DNA of 64,000 bases from a candidate division WOR-3 bacterium (GTDB lineage: Bacteria > Hydrothermota > Hydrothermia > JBDRYB01): contig JBMFOM010000001.1 in assembly GCA_049969615.1 (NCBI GenBank), positions 32,083 through 96,082 on the forward strand, in the 5' to 3' direction. Under the pieces are notes generated by a model, which ran no database searches, was not told the origin of the DNA, and saw nothing but the letters and a program-made list of their open reading frames with translations. How positions within the stretch are numbered: position 1 is the first letter of the stretch; the number at the start of each line of letters is the position of its first letter. Made by a program: the position numbers and the translations under genes. Below are positions 19,258 through 27,722 of the stretch, one piece after another.

Positions 19258-19259
19258 GG

Positions 19260-21368
19260 CTATTTCACCTCTTTGAGCTCTTGGGCGTCCGCGGGAGTGC
19301 GCTTGTGGGTGACCTTGATGGCCTTGGGTTCATCTGCAACGGATACGATCTGGCCAGTCCAACTGCTCCTTGAGGATGATTTTTCCATAGGAACTTCTCT
19401 AGCCTCAATAGAGAAGTCCTTGTTGGCAAGGAGATCATTGGCCTTTCCACCCTCATATCCTTTCCGAGTTGCAACGGCTATCCATTTGAACTCAGCGTTT
19501 GGGTCACCCGCACCGGATCTAACCGTGAAGCTTTCGGATGTGGCACTCTCCACATAGATGCCGCTCCACGTCCCTATGGGAGTTGCTACGACTTCTATGT
19601 CACCAGAAATAACATTCCTATATTCGGTCGGTATCTCCACATGGGCAACACCGTTCTCAAGCCTAGCTTTACCGTCAAAGTAGACCTTTACATCAGAAGA
19701 GGTTATACTGAAGAGACCTTTTGGGCTTGTTCCTCCAGGGACCACAGTTGCCATGACCCCTGAAGCAAGGATATTGCCTCCACCGCCAGGACCCTTATCT
19801 TTATAATACCCATAAGCATATATGTCGCCCCAGAAATAACCTGCCCAGCCTGATATGGAATTCACTACATAGCCAGCTACGGCAACTCCGTCATTTGCGG
19901 TTCCGAAGACGCCACATTCCTGGTTGGTAACCACACGAAGGCCACCTCCATTACCTACCCCCTCTACTCCAACAGCATTCGCGGCGTTAACCCCAAAACC
20001 TACGGTTCCAAACACGGTTCCGTTACCCACCACACCAGCACCATCGGTGGGATACCAACCAGTGGTAGCATTTCCAGTAAATAGCCCGCCGATTCCTGTT
20101 CCACCAGTTGCATAACCCTCAACCGCTCCCCAGCTGTTTGTTCCGGGCGAAGACCCATAAACCCCGTTGGATGAAGCGTTCGCGCCCTGGCCCCAGACGC
20201 CCGTGCCACCAGCGAGGGTCGCGTAGCCGAAGGTTCCGACCGTATCTCCGGTTCCAGCGACTCCACAACCATAGATGGGCACCGTTGGAGCGAGGTTATT
20301 TCCTGCGCCAACTACACCTATGCCCGATGCGGCGTTCAGCGAGCGGCCACTCACGCCCGCGCCGTTGGCGTAGGTTGTGTTGCTAAATCCCGCTACGCCA
20401 AAGTTTGTCCCGGTGCCATACACTCCGCCCCCAGTGTTGAATACATAGGAGCTGTCCGAGGCGTTTCCCGTGAACAAACCGCCTATGCCCGAGGCCGCGA
20501 ACGCGGAATACCCCTCAACGCCAGCGCCGTTCAAGTAATCAGCGTTGTTCTGGCCGAAAACGCCGTTGTTGCCGCCGTTGCCCAGGACACCTACATTGCC
20601 GAGACCAGCCCTCTGGACGCCAAGGTAGCCATAGGCCGTTGTGTTGCTGAACTGTCCATAGACGCCACCCACATCTGTTCCCGCGCCTCCGCCGCCATAG
20701 GCAAGCTCACCGAACCTGCCGGGTGGATCCGCGCCGGCCCTTCCCCTCGTAGCGATCCGGAAAGAGCCAGGAGCCGCCTGGTTCACAGCAAACTGGTTCC
20801 AGATATACCCAGGGTCAGTCCCTGAAGCCGGAACATCAAGGAGCGCGAGGTCTATCCTGCCGTTGTTATCCAGGTCAAAGTCGTTGAGCTGAGTTGGCGG
20901 CGGGCCGAGCACGAGGTCCTGCGGCGTGACCGCAAAGTCCCTTATGCGCTGGGTCGTATCTGACATGAACGCGTTGTAGGCGAAAGCCGCAGAGTTTATC
21001 TTTACGCGAGGGGTGTATATGCCGCCAAGGCCGGGTATATCCACCTCAACCCAGAGGTCGGTGTAGTTCAGGATGTTGGCCTGGGTTATGGGCAGTTCAA
21101 CATTGAAAACGCCGCTATAAACCTGCACTGCGCCGAACGACATGGTCTGGAGGAGTGTTCCGCCGGCAGCCGCGTTGTATAGCCTGAAGGTCATAGCATA
21201 TGTGCCGTTGATGATGGTGGTTCCCTGTCTCAGGTGTCCCTGGAAGTTGACGATTACAGGCGGGGTGGCCTGTGGTTGAGCCTCGCCGAGGCCCGGTTCC
21301 GTTCCTTGGCCGGTGGCCTTCGTGGAGCCTGCCCCGGCCGCTATCAGCATAGACAAAATATAAGGCAT
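19260..21368 (-). CDS. Large glycine-rich repeat protein (702 aa), probably cell-surface or secreted, with tail-fibre/YadA-head-like G-x-G repeats
   Basis: The N-terminus MPYILSMLIAAGAGS is hydrophobic. A long low-complexity region follows, with motifs such as GAGVEGYSAFAASGIGGLFTGNA / GAGVSGRSLNAASGIGVVGAGNN. A GGAGGTG RBS precedes the ATG. No T9SS tail is present on this protein. Confidence 0.6.
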   Translation of the reverse strand: MPYILSMLIAAGAGSTKATGQGTEPGLGEAQPQATPPVIVNFQGHLRQGTTIINGTYAMTFRLYNAAAGGTLLQTMSFGAVQVYSGVFNVELPITQANILNYTDLWVEVDIPGLGGIYTPRVKINSAAFAYNAFMSDTTQRIRDFAVTPQDLVLGPPPTQLNDFDLDNNGRIDLALLDVPASGTDPGYIWNQFAVNQAAPGSFRIATRGRAGADPPGRFGELAYGGGGAGTDVGGVYGQFSNTTAYGYLGVQRAGLGNVGVLGNGGNNGVFGQNNADYLNGAGVEGYSAFAASGIGGLFTGNASDSSYVFNTGGGVYGTGTNFGVAGFSNTTYANGAGVSGRSLNAASGIGVVGAGNNLAPTVPIYGCGVAGTGDTVGTFGYATLAGGTGVWGQGANASSNGVYGSSPGTNSWGAVEGYATGGTGIGGLFTGNATTGWYPTDGAGVVGNGTVFGTVGFGVNAANAVGVEGVGNGGGLRVVTNQECGVFGTANDGVAVAGYVVNSISGWAGYFWGDIYAYGYYKDKGPGGGGNILASGVMATVVPGGTSPKGLFSITSSDVKVYFDGKARLENGVAHVEIPTEYRNVISGDIEVVATPIGTWSGIYVESATSESFTVRSGAGDPNAEFKWIAVATRKGYEGGKANDLLANKDFSIEAREVPMEKSSSRSSWTGQIVSVADEPKAIKVTHKRTPADAQELKEVK

Positions 21369-21451
21369 GAAACACCTCCGATATATGGTTTAGCTTCGGT
21401 TTAGCTTCTTCCTCAAGAGCAAAATCCAAGTCATACATCATACAGCTATAT

Positions 21452-21480
21452 ATTATAACCGATCAAGCATGGACTGTCAA
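21452..21480 (-). promoter_or_regulatory. Consensus promoter TTGACA-N17-TATAAT on the minus strand, upstream of the glycine-rich protein gene
   Basis: The plus strand reads attata(21452-57)...tgtcaa(21475-80). This is the reverse complement of ttgacagtccatgcttgatcggttataat. Confidence 0.55.
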
Positions 21481-21554
21481 GGCCCTTTTTAACCCGGAAG
21501 CAGGGAAGGAGGGTGAATTCCCCTCCGGAAGACATTTTCAGAGGATCAACAGGA

Positions 21555-21764
21555 TCAAAATTGGCCCCCCTTTTTGCCCGCCCAAACCGCGCCTGCGCCG
21601 AGCGCGAGGCCAACCCCATCCCAAAAAATGTCGCGCCAGCTGAACCTGCCCTTTGTCTTCCAGTCATAAATCTCCTTGACGAAAGAGGCCGCGACATGCT
21701 TGGCCTTATCCGGGCCAAAGAGGGGATCGGGAGACATAAATAGCAAAACTATTGCCGCGATCAT
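21555..21764 (-). CDS. Small membrane protein (69 aa, two predicted TM segments; VanZ-like C-terminal resemblance)
   Basis: Its start overlaps the upstream gene stop by 4 nt. The sequence is MIAAIVLLFMSP...GVGLALGAGAVWAG. Confidence 0.4.
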   Translation of the reverse strand: MIAAIVLLFMSPDPLFGPDKAKHVAASFVKEIYDWKTKGRFSWRDIFWDGVGLALGAGAVWAGKKGGQF

Positions 21765-22738
21765 GCCTGAAGGAACCCCCGGAGCGCTTCCGCGGCCCTG
21801 GCCTGCGCCTCACTGGCCATGTATAGACGCTCCGCTATGGTTTTCCGGTCCTTTGCGAGGAGGTCTGCCACGAGCTCAAGCGCGGTAAGGGGCCTCAGGG
21901 CCTCCAGTGCTTCACTCCACATGGCCATTGCCCGATCAAGGTGGGGGGAGGAGAGCTCCATTATCTCGGAGGCCATATCCGTGAAGTGCATTGCGGAGAT
22001 GCAGGACCCAGCCGCGCAGGATATTATCCAGTGAAGGCATGAATGGGAGTCCGGCCCGCAGGCCTCGCAATAGGGGTCTTGATCCAAAGCAGAGGCTATT
22101 ATGTCCCAAGCGGGCTTGCCGGTGAGCCAGCCGGGGTCAGAGGGCGCCTTGTTCTCGTATAGGTCAACCGCGTGAGAAAACGCCTCCCGTATAAACGGCA
22201 CGGGATCAGGCTCCTCTCCAGGCTCCCCCAGAACGATTATTTGCCAAGGGAGGTCCATTGTGGCCTCGTATTCTTCGGCCATAACGGGCAAGCCCACGAA
22301 TGAATCCCCGGATACGCCGGCTATGAGGCTCCATTGGCCTGCCCTGAAACCGCCAAAACAGCCCTGTGCTATGACGGGTATGCCGGATTCAAGGCTCTCC
22401 GCGATGGGTTCCTCAAGGTGCTCCGAAAAGAATGAATCCGGTTCATCCAGAAAAGCTTCAAGGTCCTGGGGATACCTGAAACCCTCAGGAATCCTTCTCA
22501 TGGGAACACCAAGGGCGCGGGACGCGAACCCCAGATAAACCGCCTGGTTTCCGGTTGTCCACCAGGCCTTGCACTCCTCGTCCGGGGATGCCTGAACCAT
22601 GAAAGCGGTGCCCAGGATGCCGTTTATAAAATCATAGTCATAGTCATCGCGAAGCCTGGCAACGGCTGATTTTATGGCCCAGCTGAGGGAAACAAACTGA
22701 CCCCCCGTCATCCGGAGGGGCTGAAGTCCTTCAATCAT
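21761..22738 (-). CDS. Hypothetical protein (~325 aa) with a Cys-rich CEACGPDSHSCLHWIISCAAGSC segment
   Basis: The ORF track start at 22744 is a TTG. The ATG at 22738 lies 6 nt downstream of a minus-strand GGGTATAAT (plus 22745-22750), the same leaderless pattern seen elsewhere in the window. Confidence 0.55.
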   Translation of the reverse strand: MIEGLQPLRMTGGQFVSLSWAIKSAVARLRDDYDYDFINGILGTAFMVQASPDEECKAWWTTGNQAVYLGFASRALGVPMRRIPEGFRYPQDLEAFLDEPDSFFSEHLEEPIAESLESGIPVIAQGCFGGFRAGQWSLIAGVSGDSFVGLPVMAEEYEATMDLPWQIIVLGEPGEEPDPVPFIREAFSHAVDLYENKAPSDPGWLTGKPAWDIIASALDQDPYCEACGPDSHSCLHWIISCAAGSCISAMHFTDMASEIMELSSPHLDRAMAMWSEALEALRPLTALELVADLLAKDRKTIAERLYMASEAQARAAEALRGFLQA

Positions 22739-22837
22739 GGGCAAATTATACCCTCGGCTGGGCCGGATTTTCCAATCAAGAGACCTTGAAAACCCCTGAG
22801 CCGAGACCTTAGAATTTGCGTCAGAGGAGGAATAGTA

Positions 22838-24010
22838 ATGCGTTTTCTCGTCGGAAGAGATGCTTTTGTTGAAGCCCTGTCCGCGGCGGTAAGGATATTG
22901 CCCACGAGATCGCCAATCCCGATCCTGGACACAGTCCTTCTAAAGGTTGAAGATCAGACCCTTGAGATAGCGGCTACCAATATGGACATATCCCTCAGGG
23001 AATACCTCTCGGTAGCCGAGGCCGAGGACGGGTCGGTCGCTGTTCAGGGCAAGACGCTGTTCAATACCGTCAGCTCCCTGAGGGGGCCGAGTCTTTCTTT
23101 CAAATTTGAGGACAGGGCCCTTTATCTCAAGCACGATGGCGGAAAGTATAGGTTCTCCGGGTTCTCTCCGGATGAGTTCCCCAGGATTCGCCAACTGCCG
23201 GATATTCCGGGTTTCCGTGTCAAAACCTCTGATGTGAAGGAAGGACTTGCGACCGTGTCCTTCTGCGCGGCAAGGGAAGACCCCAGGACATTCCTTACGG
23301 GGGTTCTTTGGGAACTCAGGCCAGGCGAAATGCTTTTTGTAGCCTCGGACAGCCAGCGGCTCGGCCTCTGGCGCAAGGAGGCGGCCATTGATGGCTCTGC
23401 CAGCGCTATAATCTCAAAACCAATGGCTGATCTCATAAGGAACCTGTCCGGAGAAACCCTTGAGCTAAAAATTGAGGATGACTTCATATATGTGTCTCAC
23501 CCCAGGGGGCACGTCCTATCCCGGCTGATGCCGGGCCCCTATGCCCAATACGAAGCCGTGATTCCAGCCGATCCAGGGAACGAGCTTAGGCTCTCGTGCG
23601 GCGAGCTCACCGAGGCCATGAAGAGGGTCATGGAATTCACCGAGCCTCCGCTGAACACCGTGAGGCTCATACTCTCCGGTTCTGTAGCCAGGCTTGAGGC
23701 CCACAGCGCGGCCGGCTCAGCCGAGGAAGAGATCCCCAGCGAATACTATGGCCCTGACACAGTACTCGGGCTTTCAGGAAAGATGATCCTTGAGGTCCTG
23801 AGGTCATTGCATTCAGACAGGTTAACCCTGCGGATATACAGCTCCACCTCTCCATTCAAGATTGAACCCTCCTCAAACGAATCCGGCCAGGAGGTCCTGT
23901 ATCTGGTTATGCCCGTGAAGCTGGAGGAATTCCTCACGCGCGAGGAAGAGGAGGAAGAACCAGAGGAAGATCTGGAGGAACCCGACGAGTCCGAAGAAGA
24001 AGAGTTCTGA
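22838..24010 (+). CDS. dnaN: DNA polymerase III beta sliding clamp with a ~30-aa acidic C-terminal extension
   Basis: The N-terminus MRFLVGRDAFVEALSAAVRILPTRSPIPILDTVLL is DnaN-like. The body ends ...YLVMPVKL as in canonical clamps. It is then followed by EEFLTREEEEEEPEEDLEEPDESEEEEF. A GAGGAGG RBS is present. Confidence 0.8.
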   Translation: MRFLVGRDAFVEALSAAVRILPTRSPIPILDTVLLKVEDQTLEIAATNMDISLREYLSVAEAEDGSVAVQGKTLFNTVSSLRGPSLSFKFEDRALYLKHDGGKYRFSGFSPDEFPRIRQLPDIPGFRVKTSDVKEGLATVSFCAAREDPRTFLTGVLWELRPGEMLFVASDSQRLGLWRKEAAIDGSASAIISKPMADLIRNLSGETLELKIEDDFIYVSHPRGHVLSRLMPGPYAQYEAVIPADPGNELRLSCGELTEAMKRVMEFTEPPLNTVRLILSGSVARLEAHSAAGSAEEEIPSEYYGPDTVLGLSGKMILEVLRSLHSDRLTLRIYSSTSPFKIEPSSNESGQEVLYLVMPVKLEEFLTREEEEEEPEEDLEEPDESEEEEF

Positions 24011-24038
24011 GAGGGGCACCCATAATCCTTGCCCTGAT

Positions 24039-24476
24039 TTGCCGGTTTTGGTGTCCGCGTGTCTCGTGGGTGTTCATTGTAGATACGACGGTTCAAGCAG
24101 ACCGGATCTGGCGCCGCGCATCCCAGACAATCGCATACTCATTCCCGTGTGTCCGGAACAATTGGGCGGATTGCCGACCCCACGGCCTCCAGCCCTGTTA
24201 TGCGGAGGTGATGGGCGGGATGTGCTTTCGGGAAGGGCAAGTGTTCTGAGTCAGGATGGCCAGGATGTAACAGAGAAGTTTATGAGGGGCGCGCTGGAAA
24301 CAGTCGGGATAGCCAAAAAGCTATGTGTCCAGGAGGCCTATCTGATTGAAAAAAGCCCATCCTGCGGAGTGAACTGGGTTTGGACAACATCGGGCCTTTA
24401 TCCGGGAATGGGTGTAGCGGCCGCGGCCCTCACGGCCAAAGGGGTCAGGGTGATCGGCCTTGGGGAACCTGATTAG
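24039..24476 (+). CDS. DUF523-family protein (thiouracil desulfurase-like fold family)
   Basis: MPVLVSACLVGVHCRYDG... matches the DUF523 N-terminal consensus (ILVSACLLGxxCRYDG). Confidence 0.6.
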   Translation: MPVLVSACLVGVHCRYDGSSRPDLAPRIPDNRILIPVCPEQLGGLPTPRPPALLCGGDGRDVLSGRASVLSQDGQDVTEKFMRGALETVGIAKKLCVQEAYLIEKSPSCGVNWVWTTSGLYPGMGVAAAALTAKGVRVIGLGEPD

Positions 24477-24490
24477 TTATTTGAGAGCTC

Positions 24491-24596
24491 TGATAGAGTA
24501 GCAATAACTTACTGGTTTGGGGGATGGGCGCTTTGTCCAAGAGAACAGGGTTCTACCGCCACAATAGCATTCCCTCAGGGTTCTCTTCTAGAGGGG
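24491..24596 (+). repeat. Intergenic repeat family, copy B (5' half only)
   Basis: The sequence tgatagagtagcaataacttactggtttggggga...gcgctttgtccaagagaacagggttcta...cagggttctcttctag aligns to the 5' part of copies C and E. Confidence 0.8.
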
Positions 24597-24650
24597 TTTT
24601 TATTTGCTTGATTTGGCCTTGAACTGCCGGTTTTTGTCAGAAAAAAGGCC

Positions 24651-24680
24651 TTGATCGTTCACCACTCTCCGGCCTATAAT
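24651..24680 (+). promoter_or_regulatory. Promoter TTGATC-N18-TATAAT upstream of the DegT-like gene
   Basis: The sequence ttgatcgttcaccactctccggcctataat is followed by the GGAGGTG RBS and ATG at 24719. Confidence 0.5.
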
Positions 24681-24718
24681 ATATCCGAGCAAAATAAAAA
24701 GTTTTTTGGAGGTGAAAA

Positions 24719-25684
24719 ATGAAATTGAACAGACACAGTTTTGGAATGCTCGCGGGTAAAACCGCGGCGCGGGGTGAGCGTTTTGAGAGGGTTACCCATG
24801 CTGATGCCCCTGAAACCGAAAATATTCTGCCAGTAAGGGATGCCAACGCGGCTCTTAGGGTAGCCCTATTCGGTCTCGGTCTCGGTCCGGATTGCGAGGT
24901 TCTGGTTCCTGCCTTTGGAAAACATACGCCCGGCCCGGATGTCTTCAGCGTTGGCGCTAGGCCCTCCTATGTGGATGTCGGGGAGGACATTGTCCTCAAC
25001 CGCGGCAACCTCACACGCAAACTGGAAAGCGAATACCGCAGAGAAAATGGCGTTTGGGTCCACAAAAGAAGGGGCTGGGTGCTCCGGGGCATCGTGATGA
25101 CCCATCCGCTCGGCTTCTCGCCGTTCGTTAATGAGGTAGAGGAATTCGCGGCCGAACACGGTCTCGTCTTGGTGGATGATGCCCGCGGTGCGCTTGGCTC
25201 AAGAGTCTGGAGCGCATCGCGTTCCACCTGGATATGCGCTGGTAGCGGAGGAACCGTCGGTGTGGCCTCCTCCGAGAGCGCCTCGTTCCTGGTGTCAAAA
25301 GACCCCGAGCTTCTGATGCTCGTTTCAATGCATGTCAAGACAGCCGAATTCTACGATATGAATGCGGAGGCCATGAAAGAGCTCCGGATAGCCGGCGCAC
25401 AGGCCAGGAAATCTATAGGGGAGATCCTGAGCCGCGCTGGCCTCGGGAATGTCCTGGAAACGCCAAATTACTGTCAATCAGCTTGCCGAGAGGTTCTTCT
25501 GATCGCTGAGCATGACAGGGATGAGGCCATGGACCGCCTTGAAGAGGCCGGGTTTATAGCCGAATCCAATTTCTATCCCCAAGCGATCATGGAGGCCTGC
25601 GAGAGGCAATTTGGCTATAGAAAGGGCAGGTGTCCGGACTCAGAGGAACTAGCGAGGAGGGCTATAGCCGTGAGAAGGAAGTAG
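24719..25684 (+). CDS. Divergent, N-terminally short DegT/DnrJ/EryC1/StrS-family aminotransferase-like protein
   Basis: ILPVRDANAALRVALFGLGLGPDCEVLVPAF...VDV... aligns to the DegT small-domain region. A candidate PLP lysine lies in ASFLVSK. The usual GEGG after the lysine and about 25 N-terminal residues are missing. Confidence 0.5.
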   Translation: MKLNRHSFGMLAGKTAARGERFERVTHADAPETENILPVRDANAALRVALFGLGLGPDCEVLVPAFGKHTPGPDVFSVGARPSYVDVGEDIVLNRGNLTRKLESEYRRENGVWVHKRRGWVLRGIVMTHPLGFSPFVNEVEEFAAEHGLVLVDDARGALGSRVWSASRSTWICAGSGGTVGVASSESASFLVSKDPELLMLVSMHVKTAEFYDMNAEAMKELRIAGAQARKSIGEILSRAGLGNVLETPNYCQSACREVLLIAEHDRDEAMDRLEEAGFIAESNFYPQAIMEACERQFGYRKGRCPDSEELARRAIAVRRK

Positions 25685-25776
25685 TATGAAAATTTGGGCG
25701 GCCTGCCCGGGGAACGATCCGATCCCTATTACTCCGGGAAGGGCCGCCCTCCTGCGTTTGGCACTGGTAAGACCTT

Positions 25777-25956
25777 TGATAAAGTAGTAATAACTTACAG
25801 GTTGAGCCAGGAGCGCTTTGTCCAAGAGAACAGGTTTCTAAGAGGGGCCCCTGAAAAATCCCGCCGAGAGGGCATTTCCTCAGGGTTCTCTTCTGGCTAT
25901 GATGAGGCTTTCGGATGGGGACCGAGGACAAACCGGGATTTTTCAGGGGTTTCATA
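25777..25956 (+). repeat. Intergenic repeat family, copy C (full length)
   Basis: The copy runs tgataaagtagtaataacttacagg...ccaggagcgctttgtccaagagaacaggtttctaagaggggcccctgaaaaatcccgcc...cagggttctcttctggctatgatgaggct...ggacaaaccgggatttttcaggggtttcata. Confidence 0.85.
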
Positions 25957-25972
25957 ATGAGCAATATGGACC

Positions 25973-26002
25973 TTGAATCTGCCGCAGGAAGTGGGCTATA
26001 AT
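25973..26002 (+). promoter_or_regulatory. Conserved promoter module (TTGAATCTGCCGC...GGGCTATAAT) with the ATG 7 nt downstream
   Basis: The sequence ttgaatctgccgcaggaagtgggctataat is followed by ttcctcc and then ATG at 26010. Confidence 0.55.
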
Positions 26003-26009
26003 TTCCTCC

Positions 26010-27065
26010 ATGAAGATAACTGATGTTTATGCGGTTCTGAGAAGGGTGAAACACGGCGATGGAGATGTGGTATCAGCGGGTTTTGTCAAGGGAGTTTCAA
26101 TAACCGGCGAAAGGGTCTCTGTGGTCTTTCTGTTCCCGGATGAGATGAGGGGCAAGGAAAAACCGCTCCTGGAAGAGGCGCGAAAACTGCTTGAGGCAGA
26201 GGGCGCGGAGAAGATAGACTTTGAGGTCAACTTTGCCATTCTCACGGGAAAAAAGAGTACGGCAGACCTCAAGAAAAGGCCCATCCCTGGAGTAAAAAAT
26301 GTTATTCTCGTGACCAGCGGAAAGGGGGGCGTCGGCAAGTCAACGGTTGCCGCGAACCTGGCCGCGGAGCTGGCTCTAAGGGGACTGAGAGTGGGGCTGT
26401 TTGACGCGGATGTCTATGGACCATCAGTGCCAACCCTCATGGGCATCCAGGGTGCGGAAATAAGGGCGGAAAACGACAAGATAATCCCGGTTGAAGCATA
26501 TAGGGTAAAGGTAATGTCCCTCGGCCTGATGCTTGAGGATGACAGTCCCGTGATTTGGCGAGGCCCTCTGGTTCACAAAGCATACGAACAACTTCTGTTT
26601 GAAACCAATTGGGGCGAGTTGGATTTTCTCGTGCTTGACCTTCCGCCCGGAACAGGAGACGCTCAATTGTCTATGGCGCAACTGGTGGAGATAGCGGGGG
26701 GCCTGGTGGTTACAACGCCGCAGGTCCTCGCGATCAATGATGTGCGGAGGGCCCTGTCCATGCTCAGAAAGGTTGATGTCCCAGCCATAGGCATAGTGGA
26801 AACCATGAGCTACTACAAATGTCCAGGGTGCGGCCGCGAAGAGAACATCTTCGGTGAGGGGGGTGGAGAGAGGCTCTCGGCCGAAACCGGGGTTCCCCTC
26901 CTGGCGAAGATACCCATGGAGATTGATCTCGTGGCCGCCTCGGACGCGGGGATACCCATAGTGGTCGCGAAGCCCAATTCCGAAGCCACAAAAGCCTTTG
27001 TTCGTCTGGCAGAGGAGGTGGTAAGTTATGTCACAAAGGGAAGGGTCAAATCCGTGGAGGACTAG
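26010..27065 (+). CDS. apbC: Mrp/ApbC/NBP35-family Fe-S cluster carrier ATPase with an N-terminal DUF59/MIP18-like domain
   Basis: A Walker A box (SGKGGVGKSTVAANLA) is present. The later CPGC motif (YYKCPGCGRE) is also present. Confidence 0.85.
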   Translation: MKITDVYAVLRRVKHGDGDVVSAGFVKGVSITGERVSVVFLFPDEMRGKEKPLLEEARKLLEAEGAEKIDFEVNFAILTGKKSTADLKKRPIPGVKNVILVTSGKGGVGKSTVAANLAAELALRGLRVGLFDADVYGPSVPTLMGIQGAEIRAENDKIIPVEAYRVKVMSLGLMLEDDSPVIWRGPLVHKAYEQLLFETNWGELDFLVLDLPPGTGDAQLSMAQLVEIAGGLVVTTPQVLAINDVRRALSMLRKVDVPAIGIVETMSYYKCPGCGREENIFGEGGGERLSAETGVPLLAKIPMEIDLVAASDAGIPIVVAKPNSEATKAFVRLAEEVVSYVTKGRVKSVED

Positions 27066-27087
27066 CGGTTTTATCCTTCTGTTCATA

Positions 27088-27657
27088 ATGGCCTGCGTGC
27101 CATCCCAGGTTTCCCACATGAGGCTTGATATGAGCGTTGGCTACAGCGTCGTCTACAGGATAACCTTCTGGAACCAGGAAAAACCCGGGACAACAAAGGT
27201 TAGGATGGCGGTTCATGTGACCGAATTAACTGACCTGGATTATTCTTTAACCGCGAATATAAAAGGAGACCAGGAGGGAACGATCTTTCTTTTGGTATCG
27301 CCCGGCGGCAAGACCATGGAGGCCGAGGTCCATGGCCTGCCTGATCCTTGGGAAGATGTCGCCTCCGCGGGAATTGTTTCGCCGTGTGCTCCCCTACCGC
27401 AGGAGCCGGTCTCGCCGGGTCAGAGCTGGGAAGTGTCCCTGGCAAACGGCAGGGGAACCTATACCTATAAGGGCACTGGCCTCTTGGACGGGAAACAGGG
27501 ATATATATTGGAATTCAACCTATCAACCACCGTGATAAAGGACATAAGGGCCACCGGGAGAATATCTGTCTCACCTGATAACGGCGTAGTCCAGGCGGGC
27601 GCCGGAACCATCACGACGGCTTTCGGGACATACGGGTACAGGATGATAAGGGAATAA
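27088..27657 (+). CDS. Hypothetical secreted protein or lipoprotein
   Basis: ORF 27028..27657 overlaps the apbC end. An internal start near MACVPSQ (IMAC is lipobox-like) avoids that overlap. The exact start is uncertain. Confidence 0.4.
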   Translation: MACVPSQVSHMRLDMSVGYSVVYRITFWNQEKPGTTKVRMAVHVTELTDLDYSLTANIKGDQEGTIFLLVSPGGKTMEAEVHGLPDPWEDVASAGIVSPCAPLPQEPVSPGQSWEVSLANGRGTYTYKGTGLLDGKQGYILEFNLSTTVIKDIRATGRISVSPDNGVVQAGAGTITTAFGTYGYRMIRE

Positions 27658-27722
27658 TTCATGAATCCTAAAACACAATCGTATTAGCGAATCCCATATC
27701 TACCCGATGAGTTTCGCTAATC

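Noticed and set aside
21480-21545. Palindrome ggagggtgaattcccctcc around 21500-21540, considered as a terminator
   Set aside because: No T-tract follows on either strand. It lies inside the 5' region upstream of the glycine-rich gene, so it is more likely an incidental or regulatory hairpin than a terminator.
25662-26054. Minus-strand ORFs encoding ...MKPLKNPGLS(L/F/S)VPIR(K/E)(S/P)HHSQ... (25662..26054, 62187..62414, and the first 59 aa of 50458..52254)
   Set aside because: They are translations of the conserved intergenic repeat element read on the minus strand. The similarity between them reflects DNA repeat identity, not a protein family.
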